In this document: piece after piece, positions 14,595-27,920 of the stretch
Position numbering within the stretch: position 1 is the stretch's first letter
How the letters are laid out: every line of letters starts with the position of its first letter
Assembly: GCF_963506605.1 (NCBI RefSeq)
Contig: NC_083277.1
Span: 62,682,001 to 62,746,000, forward strand
Reading direction: 5' to 3'
Length of the DNA: 64,000 nucleotides
Source: Zootoca vivipara
Taxonomy: Eukaryota
Notes under the pieces: generated by a model
The model's database searches: none
What the model saw: only the letters and a program-made list of their open reading frames with translations
What the model was told of the DNA's origin: nothing
Translations under genes and position numbers: made by a program

Positions 14595-14781
14595 AGTTAC
14601 AGGGGGAAATAATTAGGGGGCGGGTCCCATCAACAAGTGTTTTTAAGAGCAATTATCTCCCAATAAATGAAATGGGTACATTTTAGGTGGGTGATCAGAT
14701 GGGTGACGACAACCAATAAACACAACAGCAATTTCAAGGTGGTTTTTCATTCTTCATGTGAGCCTTTCTTTCTTTTTTCAG

Positions 14782-17700
14782 GGAACAATGGGGACTTCTT
14801 TGCTATAGACAAGTTCTCCGGAATTATTACAGTGTCTCAGAAGCTGGATCAGACCAAGCAAGAGAGATTTGTTCTCACTGTAAAGGCAGAAGATCAAGGG
14901 TTTCCACAACTGAAGGACTCTGCTACTGTGACCATTTTTATGAAGCCCTCTGATGGCACACCTCCACAGTTTTCAGAGGAGGAGTACGTTATAGAGATCA
15001 GTGAATCTGCTGTTATTGGCTCTCCTGTCATCCTTGTTTCAGCCACGAGCCTTTCGTCTGTTACCTATGAAGTAAAAGAAGGAGATAAAGATGGCTTATT
15101 TTCCATCAACTATCAATCTGGCCTTATTTCAACACAAAGGACTCTAGATTTTGAGCGGGCTTCATTTTATCAGCTGAAAATCCGTGGTACCAATATGGCA
15201 GGAGCATTTATGGATGTTCTGGTGTTTGTTTATGTCATAGATGAGAATGACAATGTGCCTATCTTTTCTAAGCCTTCCTTTGTTGGCCGGATCAATGAGA
15301 ACGTTCCATTGGGAAGTATGATTATGGATGAAAACAATGAGCCACTTGTGATTCATGCGTCAGATGCTGACCGAGATTCTAATGCCTTGTTGGTGTATGA
15401 AATTTTGCAGCCAGAGGCACTGGATTTTTTCAAAATTGATCCAAGCATGGGCACTCTTACTACTTGTGCAGAAATTGATTACGAGCGTGTCCCAGTTCAT
15501 CACTTCAATGTCCATGTGCGTGACAGTGGGAAACCCAATTTATTTGCTTCCAAACCCACTGAGGTCACCATTTATATCAAGGATGTTAATGATTGTCCTC
15601 CTGTGTTTACAAAAAATATTTATGAACTTTCTGTAGGGCTTCCTGTCCATCACGGGATGGAGCTTAATACCGTACATGCAGAAGATGTGGACTCAGAGAT
15701 AGCCTACAGTATAGTAGAAGGGAATCCTGATCACATTTTTTACATTCATCCAACTACTGGCCTCATCTCTGTGCTGAATGCTACCACCTTAGAACGCTAT
15801 CATGAACTCACAGTTAGAGCTGGAGATGGTTTATATACAGCTAGTGCAATGGTTAGGATTAATTTTATTGAACCACAAGACAGCAACTTAAAATTTGATC
15901 ATGATTTATATACAGCAATAGTGAAGGAAAACACCACAGATATCCAAACTCTGGTTGCTCTTGGTGTCATTGGGAATCAACTGAATGAACCCCTCTTCTA
16001 CTCCATCATGAATGGCACAGAGAAGTTCAGGGTGATCCAGTCTTCAGGAGTGCTACAGACCAAGGGCGTAGAATTTGATCGTGAAACTCAAGACACTTAT
16101 GATATTGCAGTGGAAGTAAAGGACATTAGAAATCCACCAAGGGTGTCTCAAGCAATGCTCAAAATCTATGTGGACGACATTAATGACAATGCACCCCATT
16201 TTGAAAATGTGCCATATTATATAGCTATGCAGGATGGCACTGAGCCAGGTGATGTCATCTTTCAGGTATCTGCAACTGACTGGGATCTGGGGAATAATGG
16301 AGTCATTTTTTATTCCTTTGCAGAAGATTACAAGTATTTCCGGATTGACCCATATTTAGGGGACATCTCACTCAAGAAACCCCTTGATTTTCAAACTCTA
16401 AATAAATACATACTAAAAGTGATTGCCAGAGATGCCGGTGAGCCTCCCTTGTATGCTGAAGAAGAGGTTCTGATCATGGTGAGGGACAAATCCAACCCTC
16501 TCTTCCAAAGCCTCTTCTATACTGTGAAAGTGCCTGAAAACATTCCACTCTACACGTCTGTTCTCCACATCCAGGCTCGGAGCCCTGAAGGCTTGCGTTT
16601 AATATACAACATTGTGGAAGAAGGAGCTCTTAAACATTTCAACATTGACTTCAAGACCGGTGTGCTTATGGTCACCAGCCAACTAGACTATGAATCTGAC
16701 ACAAAACATGCCTTTACAGTCAGAGCTACAGACACAGCAATGGGTGCCTTTTCAGAAGCAATGGTAGAAGTAGAGGTTGAGGACATCAATGACAATCCTC
16801 CTGAATTCTCTCAGGTGGTTTATACTGCGTCAGTCACCGAAGGCCTGCCAGCTCAGACCCCCGTCGTACAGCTGCTTGCTACTGACAGAGATTCAGGGAG
16901 GAACAAAGTGGTTTCATATCAGATCTTGGAAGACCGTTCAGACACATCAAAGTTATTTAATGTTGATGCCAGCACAGGTGAAATAACAACAACTCAGGTT
17001 CTAGATTATGAAGCCAACCATGAATTTCGCATTAGAGTGAGAGCCACAGACCATGGAATGCCTCCTCTCAGCACTGAAGCCCTTGTGGTGATCAGTGTGT
17101 TAGACATCAATGACAACCCACCCAAGTTCAGTCAGCTTCACTATGAAGCCAATGTGAGCGAAATGGTCCCCTGTGGCCATGTTGTGATAAAAGTCCAGGC
17201 TTTTGACCCTGATAGCAGGGACACCCGTAAGTTGGAATATCTGATCCTTTCAGGGAATGAGAAAAGGCATTTCACCATTGACAGCACTTCTGGAATCATT
17301 TCCACACTGAATCGTTGCAAAAGGGACCTGGAGTCTTTCTACAACCTCAGAGTCTCTGCATCAGATGGTGTGTTTAAAACCTCAGTGCCAGTATACATCA
17401 ATACTACAAATGTAAATAAATACAGTCCGTCATTTCAGCAGGATGTATATGAAGCAGTATTGGCTGAAAATGCCAAGGTTGGAACCAAAGTGATTGAATT
17501 GCTTGCCACTGACCCAGATGATGGTCCGTATGGCACCATAGATTACACCATCATAAACAAGCTTGGCCAAGAGAAATTTGCAATCGATGACAAGGGACGC
17601 ATTGAAACGCTGCAGAAGTTGGACAGAGAAAATTCCACAGAGAGAGTTGTTGCTATTAAAATCATGGCCAAGGACGGAGGAGGAAAGGTGGCATTCTGTA

Positions 17701-18837
17701 CTGTCAAAATCATACTCACAGATGAAAATGACAACCCACCACAGTTCAAAGCTTCTGAATACGTCTTGTCTATCCAGTCCAATGTGAGCAGAGGGTCACC
17801 AGTCATTCAAGTACTAGCTTATGACGCTGATGAAGGAGTGAATGCTGATGTCACCTACTCTGTTGATTCAGTGGAGGAGATTATTGCAGAGGATGTGATT
17901 GAGATTAACACTGCAACTGGTGTTGTTCAAGTCAAAGAGAGTCTCCGCAGGCTAGAAAACAGGACAGTGAACTTCAAAGTCAAAGCTGAAGATGCAGGAC
18001 CTCCCAATTGGAATTCTGTTGTTCCAGTGAATCTTCAAGTTGTTCCAAAGGAGGTGTCCTTGCCAAGGTTTTCTGAGCCGCTATACACCTTCTCAGCATC
18101 TGAAGACCTGCCGGAGGGATCCGAAATAGGATCAGTTAGAGCTGTGGCAGAGGACCCTGTCATCTATAGTTTGGTAAAAGGTACCACTGCCGAAAGCAAT
18201 AAAGAGGGGATATTTGCTTTGGATAAACGAACAGGCACCTTGACTATTGAGAAGGCAATGGATCATGAGAAGATGAAATGGTACCAGATTGATGTTTTGG
18301 CTCACTGCTCACACCAGGATACTGACTTGGTCTCTTTGGTGTCCATCAACATCCATGTAAAAGATGTCAATGACAACAAGCCTGTTTTTGAGGCTGATCC
18401 TTACAGGGCCTTTGTAATGGAGAACATGCCACCAGGAACTACCGTGATTCAGGTCACTGCCAATGATCAAGATACTGGAAGTGATGGGCAAGTGAGCTAT
18501 AGCTTAGGATCAGAACCAAGCAACATCAGAGAGCTCTTCACCATTGACAGTGAAAGTGGTTGGATCATGACTCTTAAAGAGCTAGATTGTGAGGTTCAAG
18601 AAACCTACCAGTTTTTTGTTGTGGCGTCAGACCATGGTAGGAAACACCAGCTTTCTTCTCAAGCCCTTGTGGTGGTCACCATAACTGATGAAAATGACAA
18701 TGCTCCTCAGTTCACCTCTGAAATCTACAAAGGGTCCGTGGTTGAGAATGCTGAGCCTGGGCAAACGATCACCACTCTTAGAACTGTAGACAGTGATATT
18801 TCAGAGCAGAACAGACAAGTCACATGTTACATCACTG
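14782..18837 (+). CDS. FAT2: FAT2 giant internal exon (about 13 cadherin repeats)
   Basis: ttttcag|GG...ACTG|gtaaga; 4056 bp inside ORF 14667..18866, with repeated DxNDNxPxF, LDYE/LDFE and ATDxD motifs; a ~4-kb exon is typical of FAT1-3. Confidence 0.96.
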
Positions 18838-18977
18838 GTAAGAACCTATCTCTCTTAACGTTTTGATAAAGTAGAATACAACTTGATTTCTGGTAGGTTT
18901 GCTTGAACTTGAGAAGCACCTTATCCTATAATTACGGTAGTCTTGCTGAAATCTCTGCAGCTGATAATATCAGATGA

Positions 18978-19021
<44 letters not shown>
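18978..19021. repeat. (ATT)n microsatellite
   Basis: Direct reading. Confidence 0.95.
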
Positions 19022-19024
<3 letters not shown>

Positions 19025-19634
19025 AAGGACCACATAATGCAACATGTTTCAAATCAGGTGGCACTGTGGGGTGCAGGCATGAAAACTACATGCCAGCATT
19101 GCCTGGAAGGACAACCCTTTGAAATCGGAGAACTCAAAAGCAATCCCTGGCTCCTTCCTAAGCAACATTATGCTCCCCTTTCTCCTCCTCATGCTGTTCT
19201 GGGGGATTTCCTCAGGGAATGGGAGGCGGTGACTGGAAAGCCCCATCGTAGAAGTGGGCTTCTAGTAGTCGAGCTCATTAGCTAAATCTTGCCCATATAG
19301 ACTTAATACAGTATAGCAGTTTTGGTTCTGCTCAGAGTCAAGTACATAGATGCAGTCAGTGGGGCAGCATGTTCATGGAGCAAACAAATTTTCTTGACGT
19401 CCCACACAGAGGAATGAGACTTAAGAGACACAGGATACAATCCTATACTTTGTTGGAGTAAGTCCCATTCAACTTAATGGGGCTTACTTCTGAGTATGCA
19501 TGCATAGGATGGCAATGCCAGGGTGCTTGTCTCCTTTCTTAACCTCTTCCCCTTAAACTCTTAGGGTTTTTTCTGTTTTTGTGTTTTTTTACCTTGTATT
19601 GTCTTCAATTGTGATGCCTTCTCTGCCTTATCAG

Positions 19635-19831
19635 AAGGAGATGTCTTGGGACAGTTCAGCGTTGCTGAGGTTGATGGAGAATGGAGGGTTTTTTCCAAGA
19701 AGCTTCTGAACAGGGAAGAAAGAGAAAAATATCTGCTCAAAGTCATGGTATCTGATGGAAAGTTTCAAGCAGCAACAGAAGTGGAGATTTCAGTCCTTGA
19801 TGTCAATGATAACAGCCCTGAATGCAAGCAG
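19635..19831 (+). CDS. FAT2: FAT2 coding exon
   Basis: atcag|AA...CAG|gtgatt; EGDVLGQF...[12 protein letters not shown]; 197 bp. Confidence 0.93.
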
Positions 19832-20279
19832 GTGATTGTGTATGTCTATAAAGCTGTGTCTACACACACGCACACACCACTAGCTGTGCGGCAATTTGGA
19901 ACCAAAGCTGACCTGGAGAAGCCACTTTGTAACCTGGGACAATCCCTTGAGCAATTACACGCTGGCAATGTTGAGTCATCCCATTCCTCTTGTTTTAGAA
20001 GTACTATGACATGTGTTGTGATTCTGTTGCCTCCTACCTGATTGGAGGAGGAGGAGGAGGATATATGAAATAGTTCAAGGTGGAGAAGATGGAGAATAGC
20101 AAAACAGAGCAGAATTGCACTCTTTGTACAAACTATGGCCTATTTATATTTTTGATGGTTCTGGATAGCAAAATGGTAGCCGCGCAGTGTAAGAAATCAT
20201 AAATGCATGGAATTGAACTCTCATAGAAAACTTTCCCCAGAGATAAACTATGTTGAAAGTGATCAGATATGATTTAGGT

Positions 20280-20415
20280 CAGACATTCCCAAACTCAGCC
20301 CTCCAGATGTTTTGGGACTACAATTCCCATCATCCCTAGCTAACAGGACCAGTGGTCAGGGATGATGGGAATTGTAGTCCCAAAACATTTGGAGGGCCAA
20401 GTTTGGGGATGCCTG
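20280..20415. mobile_element. 136-bp palindromic hAT MITE
   Basis: Perfect 8-bp TSD ATTTAGGT; long inverted arms. Confidence 0.88.
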
Positions 20416-21172
20416 ATTTAGGTCCTTTATGAATATTAGATGACGAGGATTCACTGGCCTTATTTAACAAACAATTGCAGGAGTGGTCTGTGGGGAGGTG
20501 TGCCATCATTTACCTGGCCTTTCAGCAGCAGTGCCAGTACTACTTACCAGGAGGAAGAGAGGGAAGGGTGACATTGTGGGAGGGTGGCACTGCATGGGTG
20601 CACAAACAGAGCCAATCCAGTGCTCCTTCCACTGCGCCTGCACAGCACATTTCTCCCTGCTGCACTGCCCTCTCGCTCCCAGTAAGTAGCAGTGATACCA
20701 CAACTGGGAGGCTAGGTACTCCTGAGCAGCTATGCGCCTTGGAATTTTGTAACTGTTTCCCTTTTCTTACTCTGCCTAGGTCGCACAATGTGGTAAGGAT
20801 GGCAGAGGCTGATCTTTGGCTCTTTGTATTGATATCCTATATCTGTAGCTCATCATTCTTCTTTTAGAAAGCCTGAAGCATCTTTCATTAGGATTCCAGT
20901 GGTCTTCTTCTCTCTAGGTCCGCATTTCCTTAGCTTCACCATTTGCTATAGCAAAGTCAACCAGGCCGATACATATGCCTGTGGCTGCATGGCCTTGACT
21001 TTAGGCGTCGGGGTTGAACTAGATAGCCCCCCCCCTCCATCCTGGTTCAGCTAATGCAAGAAATATTCTGAATCCCAGCATCTGTTAATGGAGTGGACCA
21101 CTTCAGCAAAGGCATTTCACTTGGAATGAAGTCAGTCTTTTCACTTGAAAACATCCTTTCTTTTCATTCCAG

Positions 21173-21326
21173 ACGCCGTATGAAGAGAGAGTTTCAGAAG
21201 ATGCACCTCAAGGGTTTTCTATTTTGAAAGTGTCAGCCACAGATGTTGATGTCGGTAGCAATGGCCAAATTACCTACAGTCTCCATGGATCTGGTGCTGA
21301 TGAGTTCAGATTAGACCCCCATACAG
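21173..21326 (+). CDS. FAT2: FAT2 coding exon (absent from ORF track)
   Basis: ttccag|ACG...ACAG|gtaaga; [51 protein letters not shown]; 154 bp. Confidence 0.93.
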
Positions 21327-21738
21327 GTAAGATGGGCATCTTCCTCAACCCTCCGGGGTATCCTTGACTCTCATTCCCACTCTTTGCACATACATTAGAG
21401 ATCAGAATATTGTCCCTGTGTGCTAGCCTTCCCCAACATGGTTCCCTTCTGATGTTTTGGACTCCAACTCCCATCAGCCCCAGTCAGCATGTGTTGTGGA
21501 GCAGCATTTTGAATGCAGGAATATCCACCACAGGTGGGTATAGCCTGTCAAGAAAATACAATTGGTATTCATTCACAATTTTGTTGGGAGGCTTTTAAGG
21601 CCACAAACCATGCCTAATTAATTACCTTTTAATGTTGTCTTTATACCGCAATGAATTTAAGTTACATAAGGGCAGTTGATGTTATATAACTAATTGTGTT
21701 AATCTTGTTAGTGAGCAGACAGTGCGATAAACAATGTA

Positions 21739-21828
21739 CATAGCTGCCAAGTTATCCCTTTTTTAAAGGGATTTTCCATTATGCTGAATAGGCTTCCTCG
21801 CGAGAAAAGGGAAAACTTGGCAGCTATG
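21739..21828. mobile_element. 90-bp hAT MITE
   Basis: TIR CATAGCTGCCAAGTT / AACTTGGCAGCTATG; perfect 8-bp TSD ACAATGTA. Confidence 0.88.
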
Positions 21829-22016
21829 ACAATGTAGTATTTGTTGAAAACCTAATTGCAACAGAATAGAAACAGCGCTGATTGTGAAGAATACACGTCA
21901 GAATGGAAATGTTGCCTTCTGACATCCCTGGCCTGGATTTATATTATTTTCAGAATATTCTCACATGGTATGAGCTCTTGAAGAAGGTGTTTTCTCAATA
22001 GTATAATATCTAGTAA

Positions 22017-22329
22017 GGCCCAGGTGGCGCTGTGGTTAAACCACAGAGCCCAGGGCTTGCTGATCAGAAGGTTGGCGGTTCGAATCCCTGTGATGGGGTG
22101 AGCTCCCGTTGCTTGGTCCCAGCTCCTGCCAACCTAGCAGTTCAAAAGCACGTCAAAATGCAAGTAGATAAATAGGAACCGCTACAGCAGGAAGGTAAAC
22201 GGCGTTTCCATGTGCTGCTCTGGTTTGCCAGAAGCAGCTTTGTCATGCTGGCCACATGACCTGGAAGCTATACGCCGGCTCCCTCGGCCAATAATGTGAG
22301 ATGAGCGCGCAACCCTTTACCTTTTACTA
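22017..22329 (+). mobile_element. Sauria SINE (3' internal deletion)
   Basis: Same head and body as the 57076 copy; ends accctttaccttttac. Confidence 0.88.
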
Positions 22330-22558
22330 TTTCTAAAGTGACTGGTACATGCTGTCTGTAATTTTCTGCACCAGTCCAAGAGAGAATAGCAGAGCAGAGA
22401 AGGCTATCAGCTATTAAATATGAGTTCCGAAGCCTGGAGCCATTAAAAAATAATAATGTTTAGGTAAGCATGCATGTTGTATCTATTTAAAAGCCCAGGA
22501 TCTCATGGAACCTACACCATATTTATGTCTTTTTTCATTCTGATCATTCCCACACTAG

Positions 22559-22792
22559 GGGAGCTGACCACTTCTTCATTACTTGACCGGGAGCTGAAGC
22601 CCAAGTACCAGCTTGTTGCCAAGGCAACAGATGGAGGAGGACGTTTTTGCCAGGTGGGCATAACTGTGGACCTAGAGGATACAAACGACAATGCTCCCAG
22701 GTTCTTTCCCAGTCACTGTGCAGTAGCTGTCTTTGATAACACCACAGTAAAGACTCCCGTGGCAGTTGTCTCTGCAAGGGACCCTGACGAAG
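22559..22792 (+). CDS. FAT2: FAT2 coding exon
   Basis: cactag|GG...GAAG|gtgagt; [11 protein letters not shown]...[10 protein letters not shown]...ARDPDE; 234 bp. Confidence 0.93.
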
Positions 22793-23642
22793 GTGAGTCA
22801 AAATGTGGTGTTTATTGCAAGTTTATAGTACAATCCAGATCAATGTTTTTGGCAAATGAAGAAAATATATCATTCATGAGTGACTTAATTTTAAGTATCT
22901 TTGAGTGTTTTCTGTAACCTTGTTAAGATATTTATGTATGTGTTTATTTATTTATTTTGTTAATGAACCACTTCCCATGAAGCATCCCAAAGCAATTTAA
23001 TGATTAAAAAAAAGAGAGGGAGAGAGTTCAGGATATTTAGGAAGACACCTCATAGCCAAGCACCTATTTGACGGCCCATTGACAGATGTGTGCAAATATG
23101 ATGTAAAAATCAAATGCTACTGAAATTTGAGTTTCAAGTTTAGCTATGCCTAGATAGATTAATGGGCAATTCTTTCTACAGTGGAAAATCTTTGGGTGTG
23201 TTTGTGTCATTTTTAGAATGAATCTTTTCACATTATAATGAAGAGCAAAAATTGGTATGCTAATACAAAATGTATGATCCAAACTGTATCATGCATGACA
23301 GTAATATATAAAAGTGTATCGTATGTGATTGTAATATACTAAACAATTCCCAGATCTAGAGTAGCTGTGTTGTATCATAGGTAAATGATGTGAAATAGCC
23401 TATGTATCTAGTTACCACAGACCATTGGCTGTTGGAGACAGCTCTCTTTCATCAATCTGGTAGGCTTGTCATACGTCAGGAAAATTCCTGACATGTCCTG
23501 GTTTTCAGGACATCAGCAAAATGTTAGGGAAAACCCGGTGGGTTTCTAATAAAAGTTCAACATATTACTTTTAGAAATATGGCAACCCTATCAATTTGGT
23601 AACTTTATAATGCCAATGTTATTGTTTCACAGATTCTGTATA

Positions 23643-23890
23643 CAGGTAGATAGCCGTGTTGGTCTGAGTCGAAGCAAAATAAAAAAAAATTCCTTCAGTA
23701 GCACCTTAAAGACCAACTAAGTTTTTATTTTGGTATGAGCTTTTGTGTGCGTGCACACTTCGTCAGATACACTAGAATACAGATACACTGTTTCTAGTGT
23801 ATCTGAAGAAGTGTGCATGCACACGAAAGCTCATACCAAAATAAAAACTTAGTTGGTCTTTAAGGTGCTACTGAAGGAATTTTTTTATTT
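23643..23890. mobile_element. Penelope-like element remnant (inverted pseudo-LTR hairpin)
   Basis: ~100-bp inverted arms (~23677-23777 / 23792-23890) flanked by the 12-bp duplication AGATTCTGTATA (23631-23642, 23891-23902). Confidence 0.8.
23799..23836 (+). ncRNA. Minimal type I hammerhead ribozyme motif
   Basis: GTAT-CTGAAGA-A-GTGTGC(AT)GCACAC-GAAA-GC-TC-ATAC: stem I GTAT/ATAC, CUGANGA box, 6-bp stem II, GAAA box, UH cleavage site. Confidence 0.72.
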
Positions 23891-24682
23891 AGATTCTGTA
23901 TAGTCACTCATTTCTATATAGCCTAACATAATTAATCCTAGTCATAACGAGAGCAACTGAAAATGAACAGAAACTAGACACCTGAAGCCTTCAGCCTCTC
24001 GGATTATAATATATTTCAAGCACGTCTTCTTGAAGTTAATTACTATTTTCCAAAATTTTCTGACTTTTAAATATTCCTACCAGAGACGAAGAAGCTCTCC
24101 CTATTCACCCCACTGCAAAACCAGTTATCTGCTGTTTCCAATCAGCTCATAATACTGCGGCATGGTTTTATACTATTTTTATTTAAAATCTAAACAGATG
24201 GAAACAGAAACACCCATACTGCCTATAGAGTAGTTTGCTGCAGATCATTTTTCTCATTTATTATGGAGGATTTAACCCCCCAGGTGATCCAAAGTTATTA
24301 AAAAATGATATCATCTGGAAGGATTCCACTTCTTTTTGATCATAATTGTTTCTCCCAAAGAAACATGAATCTTCAAATCTGATTTGCCCCGTTTTGTGCC
24401 ATGACAATACGCCTAACCTGCAAGCACTTGCAAAATTAAACACAGTAACCTTCCACTCTTCATCAAATAGCAACAAAACGCAATCTATAGCATCCACGTA
24501 AACCTATAATTTATGTTATTTTCAGCAAGCACCTACTTCAGGTTAAAGCCTGGATCTCTGATTATTAAGGCAAGAAATAAGATGCTAGAGATGCTTGTTT
24601 CCCGTGTATTAAATAATGATGAAAATGAAATGGTCTTTCCTGTAATGTTTCTGTCTCTTGTGGGTCCACCCTCCCCCCCCAG

Positions 24683-25072
24683 GTCTTAATGCAGAAGTTG
24701 TCTATGCTCTCCCTGAGTCAGCTAATGGCCACTTTTCGATAGAGGAGGCAACTGGTGTGATCCGGCTGGAGAAGCCTCTGAAAGGATCGCAGGTGACTGC
24801 GCTGGAGCTCACCGTGTGTGCCACAGACAGGGGTTTTCCACGCTCCCTCTCCTCCTTTGCTACTGTCACCGTCTCAGTAGTGGATCTGAAGGAATACCTG
24901 CCAGTGTTCCTGGATACAGAATACGTGGTTGTGGTACAGGAAGACGTGGCTGTTGGCACAGAGGTTCTGAATCTGTCCTCATTAACGAGGGATAGCGCTC
25001 GGGGCACTGAGATCAAGTATGAAATTATGAGTGGAAATGATCATGGGAAATTCAGGCTCCATTCCAGCACAG
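24683..25072 (+). CDS. FAT2: FAT2 coding exon
   Basis: ccccag|GT...ACAG|gtaagt; LNAEVVYALPESANGHFSIEEATGVIRLEKPL...; 390 bp. Confidence 0.93.
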
Positions 25073-25404
25073 GTAAGTGGGCTATTTACTCAGCAGGCAA
25101 GATAAGCCAACGATACTTTTGTTCTTCTGTAAATTGGCTTCTCCTGTTTATCCCAGGTGCTTCTCTTGCACTCTGCAGTTAATTCCCCCGGTCCCTTTTC
25201 ATACAGATCCGACGACAGATCTATCAACAACGCAGAGCGATGGTTTTCTGGGGCGGGGGGAAAGGAAAAAGTAGCGGTTGTTTTGTTCTCACTCAAAAAT
25301 ACAGCAGTAAATTTTGGTCACTTCTGAATGGAAATGTTGCTTTATCTGAAATAGTTATATTTGCTTGTGAGGTAGCCACCCATCCATTTAGTTTAATAAT
25401 AGTA

Positions 25405-26620
25405 ATTTATTATTTATACCCTGCCCATCTGGCTGGACTTCCCCAGCCACTTTGGGCAGCTTCCAACAAAATATTAAAATACAGTAATCCATCAAACATT
25501 AAAAGCTTCACTAAACAGGGCTGCCTTCAGGTGTCTTCTAAAAGTCTGGTAGTTGTTGTTCTCTTTGACATCTGGTGGGAGGGCGTTCCACAGGGTGGGT
25601 GCCACTAGCGAGAAGGCCCTCTGCCTGGTTCCCTGTAACTTGGCTCCTCGCAGTAAGGGAACCGCCAGAAGGCCCTTGGCACTGGACCTCAGTGTCCAGG
25701 TAGAACGATGGGGGTGGAGATGCTCCTTCAGGTATACTGGACCGAGGCCATTTAGGGCTTTAAAGGTCAGCACCAACACTTTGAATTGTGCTCGGAAACC
25801 TACTGGGAGCCAATGTAGGTCTTTCAAGACTGGTGCTATGTGGTCTTGGCAGCTGCTCCCAGTCACCAGTCTAGCTGCCGCATTCTAGATTGGTTGTAGT
25901 TTCCGGGTCACCTTCAAAGGTAGCCCCACATAGAGTGCATTGCAGTAGTCCAAGTGAGAGATAAGCAGAGCATGCACCACTCTGGCGAGACAGTCCACAG
26001 GCAGGTAGGGTCTCAGCCTGCGTACCAGATGGAGCTGGTAAACAGCTGCCCTGAACACAGACTTGATCTGCGCCTCCATGGACAGCTGTGAGTCCAAAAT
26101 GACTCCCAGGCTGCACACCTGGTCCTTCAGGGGCACAGTTACCTCATTCAGGACCAGGGAGTCCTCCACACCTGCCCGCCTCCTGTCCCCCACGAACAGT
26201 ACTTCTGTCTTGTCAGGATTCAACCTCAATCTGTTAGCCGCCATCCATCCTCCAACCGCCTCCAGGCACTCACACAGGACCTTCACTGCCTTCACTGGTT
26301 CTGATTTGAAAGAGAGGTAGAGCTGGGTATCATCCGCATATTGATGAACACCCAGCCCAAACCCCCTGATGATCTGTCCCAGCAGCTGCATGTAGATTTT
26401 GAAAAGCATGGGGGAGAGGACAGAATCCTGAGGCACCCCACAAGTGAGAGCCCAGGGGTCTGAACACTCATCCCCCACCACTACTTTCTGAACATGGCCC
26501 AGGAAGGAGGAGCGGAACCACTGTATAACAGTGCCCAGCTCCCAGCCCCTCTAGACAGTCCAGAAGGATGTTATGGTCGATGGTGTCAAAAGCTGCTGAG
26601 AGATGCAGCAGAACTAGGAA
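25405..26620 (-). mobile_element. 5'-truncated L2-clade LINE (RT C-terminal part and 3' tail)
   Basis: Minus-strand ORFs with GVPQDSVLSPMLF, HQYADDTQLY, LRLNPDKTE, LDYCNALY and LHWLPV; simple-repeat 3' tail; interrupted by a stop. Confidence 0.9.
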
Positions 26621-26689
26621 ACTAGTTTGTATAGCTAGTATGTTGGTTGTCCTATGTTCAAAACATTTATTGTCCCTATCTATACACAG

Positions 26690-26904
26690 GCATCTTATAT
26701 GTTAATGGAAGCCTGGATTTTGAAGTTAGCCATGAATATTACTTGTCTATCGAGGGGATAAGAAAAGGCTCTGCTTCTCTCAGTGACATCACCATGGTTG
26801 TGATCAATGTCACGGACATAAATGACCACGTGCCAATGTTCAGCCAAGACCCGTACATTGCCGACATCCGAGAAGATGCAGCTGTTGGTGAAATGGTGCT
26901 CACG
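26690..26904 (+). CDS. FAT2: FAT2 coding exon
   Basis: cacag|GC...ACG|gtaaga; [18 protein letters not shown]...DINDHVPMF; 215 bp. Confidence 0.93.
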
Positions 26905-27828
26905 GTAAGAAACAGCGTGGGACTTCCCTACTGCATTTTGGCCACAGCCACTGCCACTATAGTTTTGCATCCTGATGGCCTCTGTGGAGGAAAACGCACT
27001 GGGCAGTGTGCAGGATTATCACTAGAAGATGAGCCTTTTCCTGGTGTAATAACAGATGCAGTAAATGGGAGAAGTGGGAAAAGGCAGTGTGAAAAGAAGC
27101 TGTTAGGCATATGAGCTGATAGCCATCTCCATTCATCATCGTCAGACCAGGCACAATATTGGTACAAAAAGAAAGCATTTAAAAGCAGCCATCACTGGCC
27201 TGGTTTGCACCTAACATCTTTAACAAACCATGAGTGGTTCCCCAGACTATCAAACAAGCCATAGCTTGCTTCTCCAAAGTTGGGGTTGTTTTCCAGCTGC
27301 TCTTGCCTTGTGACTTTGCAGCTTGTCAAGCCTCTGGGTGGCCAAAGAAAACATGGTTAAGGAAGAATGTTGGGTTCATGCATAGTGCCAAGCCATAGTT
27401 AAAATGAACTAAGGTTCATAGACCAACACCAAACCATGGTTTCAGATTGAGGTTTTTCTGGCATTAAACAAACCATAGTTAAGCCAGTGAGCAGGGTTCA
27501 CACATTAAACCATAGCCAGGGCATAGCTTAGGGTTGTGTGAGAATCAGTCCACTGAGTTTGTATTAGTGAACAGCCCAATCTTTGACACCTTTTAAATAG
27601 GCTGGTATGGGCTGTGGCATTATACAGAGGAAATAGCAACACCTCCAAACAGGACTGTCATTTCCTAGGGCTACACACACACAATCTGCCCCATGGCTTT
27701 GATCCATGCCCCCTCCCCAAAACCAGGCCACCCACCCCACCCATTCTGCTTATTTTAGTGAAACCTTCACAAGTTGTCCAAGAGATAGTGCTTATTTCCT
27801 GCAAAAGGTTGCTGGTGGTAATAACTCA

Positions 27829-27917
<89 letters not shown>
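27829..27917. repeat. (CT)n microsatellite forming the splice-acceptor pyrimidine tract
   Basis: Direct reading; abuts CAG at 27918-27920. Confidence 0.95.
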
Positions 27918-27919
<2 letters not shown>

Positions 27920-27920
27920 G

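Noticed and set aside
14667-14781. N-terminal extension of the 1399-aa ORF as a standalone gene start
   Set aside because: Intronic read-through; the real exon starts at the acceptor at 14782 and joins upstream exons in phase
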